The position numbers and the translations under genes are program-made. The notes under the pieces are model-generated. The model was given only the letters and a program-made list of their open reading frames with translations. It did not search any database and was not told the origin of the DNA. A stretch of DNA of 64,000 nt from Hyphochytrium catenoides (lineage: Eukaryota; Protista; Hyphochytriomycota). Below are positions 61,546 through 64,000 of this stretch, one piece after another; position 1 is the first letter of the stretch; every line of letters begins with the position of its first letter. The stretch is from positions 1-64,000 of the forward strand of contig FLMG01000787.1 of the NCBI GenBank assembly GCA_900088475.1, written 5' to 3'.

Positions 61546-62671
61546 AGGCCAGTTCATCCATCCACGAGCAAGAAGTGGAGGCAGCCAAGCAGCCGTGGTA
61601 CGAAGAGAAGCAGCAGGAGGTTTATCCCTTTCCCAACCCGATAAAGGCCGTTACAAACCACAGAAAACCCAGATACTTCTAAAGTTGGCTTATCTGGTTA
61701 CCCAAAATTATCAATGAAGAATATACAGTAATTGATTCCACTTAAATTGGTACTTGGTACGACCTATTAGGAATAATGTAGCTGCCTTTTCTTACCCAGG
61801 TTTTGGGGTTAAGTTGGGTGATCGATCAAACTTTCGCCTATCATCAATCCCTTGTCTCGCCACTGTGTGATCTAGGCGGGGAGAGAGTTGTTAGTGGCGG
61901 TAAGTGCATCCGTCCACGTGCTCCACAGGCAGGATAGTGAGAGAGCTAGCTGAGAGAAGGATACTTGTACCAGTCCTCAACCATTATCTTGGACTAGAAC
62001 CTGCTAGAAGGTGGGTTGCAACTGCTCGATCGCTAGACCGTCAAAGCTGGCTGCGGTCGGGTGTCACGGATGGCTCTCCTACTTCATGGTGTGTCTTATC
62101 TTCCTGGATGCATTATCGCTGGTACGCCTACAACCATTCAGCAGCGACTTCCTCGATAGCTAGAATTTGGAGTCGTCTCGCTCCTTTTGGGAGTTATGGA
62201 CGCTCGGTCAAATGGTCCCTTATCCTTCTGGATGCTTGCAGACAACGAGGATGTGGAACCGGCCGGCAGTAGGGTGTGAATAGAGAGCACGGCAGCAGCC
62301 AGAATTGATCAGCGGCAAGACGACAGGTCCTATCACCTTAGTGGCTTTCTCCATGTTCGGGTACACACTTATATTTGTTGTGAAGGTCTAAGCTCAGGGA
62401 GCCCTTGTGACGAAGTGCCCCTTTTACCTCCAAGGAGGATTATTTGTTGTTCTTACTTCCATTTCTAAGCGGGATTGTCTTACAGCATCTGCACAGAGCA
62501 AGCCCTAGACTCAGTTTCCTCACTCCACCATGGTCCCAAACCCTAAGCTCGAAACCCGTCGCCCCTGCATCCTCCCTTACGCCGAGCGTGGGCCAGATTC
62601 TCATAATAAACAAACTCCAAAGCCTCAAGTGCATCCGCTGTATAGAATTCGGACAAATGGCAAGAAGAGGC

Positions 62672-63084
62672 CTACAAGCTATGCCTCAGGTATCGTTCCC
62701 CGTAATACTCAAGCGCGATGGCTCCAGCCACCGCGGTGACTCCTGCTGGAAAGATCTTTCCAGAGGACATGAACCTAGAAAAGAGGGAGTGAGGTGCATA
62801 AGCTTACTTTCGAACAGTATTTGACAAGCACGTACTTACCTCCTGGCCATGACGGCCGTAACGACAGAAGAAACTCCGACCGCTATCTGGTAGCCAAGCA
62901 GCACCTTCGAATCATCCAGCAGTGAGCCGGAATACAAGAGACCAGCTCCTAGGGAGGCACCGGCGATGAGAGACATCAGAGAGCGCCTCTTCAAAAAGCC
63001 CATTGAACCCCCAAGAACCAACAAGCTGCCTACGATGTAGGCAACCGCCGACTCGCGCCCAAGAAAGTCAAAAGCCGCATCCAT
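62672..63084 (-). CDS. TMEM14-family small membrane protein; 2 exons
   Basis: AYIVGSLLVLGGSMGFLKRRSLMSLIAG matches the GG-x-x-G-F-x-K-x-x-S-x-x-S-L-x-A-G signature. After one intron: R|FMSSGKIFPAG...RHSL*. Confidence 0.9.
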
Positions 63085-64000
63085 TCTTATCATCGACAAA
63101 GCCCAGCAGGATCTGGACAATTAATATGACTTGCGTTGTTTTGGCCTTGGGGTATAATAGAAGAGAAGAGTAAAAGACCTGGAAGAGAGGTTTTCCTTTG
63201 GCTGACTGGTCGTAGCAGGTTAAGAAAGGATGCTCCTTCTGAGTGGTGGCTTCGTCTTCTTGCAACTGGGTGATGAGGAAGAGAATTGCCAGAGATAAAT
63301 CCTAGGGAGGTCTTGAAGGCCTGCATTAGGCCTTAGGCCTCTCTTTGTCGTCTTTCTTTGCGCTGCCAGGTTTTCTTCTGTCTGTTCATTGCTATGAAGT
63401 CTAGGGTAACCCGGTTATGTAGGCTCGGGAAGGTATCAATAATGGATCTATGTAGAAACAGGTACGAGTACTGTACGAAGTATGCGATTTATGGTGAAGT
63501 TGGTATGTGGGTGGGTCTTAGATGGGGACTCATTTGGCTAACTAGGGTGCCATCCTTGTAATGGGACCAGTAGGAAAGACTGATGGCTTTTATAAAGAGA
63601 ATAGTAGGTCCTACCGGCCCAGGAGAGAGGATTTCTATTGTGGTTCTGATGGGTTCTTATGTGGAGCCTCCAGTTGACAGCCGAGTTGGGCGCACAGAGA
63701 CATGTGGGCGCAGGTGGAGACTGGGTAAAACTTGCGCTCAGAGCACGGCAGCAGATGCAAGCACCACGAAGCCTTCATAGCGATCGAATACACTGCAGAT
63801 CCTATATTTCATGTCATCATTTAGGAGGATGAGTTAGAGGTAGATGTCGGAGACGGTAGGGACCATGCCCAAGAGGAGTAAGCGGCCCTCGAGTGGCCGT
63901 GGCGACAATCTAGCCACTTGCAAGACTGCCGAGGGGCCAGCCAGCGTCGACAACAGTCATCTCAACCATTTAAGGCAGGGCCTTCCACTGGAAAAGGTTG

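Noticed and set aside
61178-61644. Overlapping ORFs rich in S/L or R/E
   Set aside because: Artefacts of the GA-rich tract.
61630-61850. AT-rich segment resembling a MITE or telomeric repeat
   Set aside because: No convincing terminal inverted repeats, target-site duplication or tandem telomeric unit.
1-64000. CRISPR arrays, rRNA, tRNA, prokaryotic operons or defence systems
   Set aside because: None seen; the sequence is spliced eukaryotic nuclear DNA.

Overview
Intron-rich eukaryotic nuclear DNA (about 50% GC). Introns are short GT-AG, from about 50 to several hundred nt, and the genetic code is standard. Protein style suggests a stramenopile, possibly oomycete-related; this is inference. 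I spliced the genes by hand. In order: a decayed Ty3/gypsy LTR-retrotransposon remnant; an intronless 1605-aa C-x4-C-x9/10-C-x2-H zinc-finger repeat protein; a 7TM cAMP-receptor-like GPCR with a Cys-rich ectodomain; bleomycin hydrolase; a cryptic vezatin-like gene; a triple-PDZ protein; proteasome alpha subunit PSMA1; a stand-alone PH protein; cyclophilin/U-box PPIL2; an approximately 50-exon GCN1; a 3R-MYB; a PP2C with a long disordered N-terminus; and a TMEM14 protein. No CRISPR array, rRNA or tRNA was seen. Best leads: (1) a vezatin homolog outside animals and fungi, invisible in the ORF track; (2) the zinc-finger protein combining RVxF and DPR motifs with an R/D/E/S-rich region, a possible PNUTS/ZC3H4-like termination factor; (3) the GPCR with an unrecognised ectodomain and a PP1-type KVTF motif; (4) a CHR/E2F-like module upstream of 3R-MYB; (5) a putative LTR with a GA microsatellite just upstream of the zinc-finger gene, in TAG/CTA-rich decayed TE sequence. 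All family calls are from motif recognition, not database searches.
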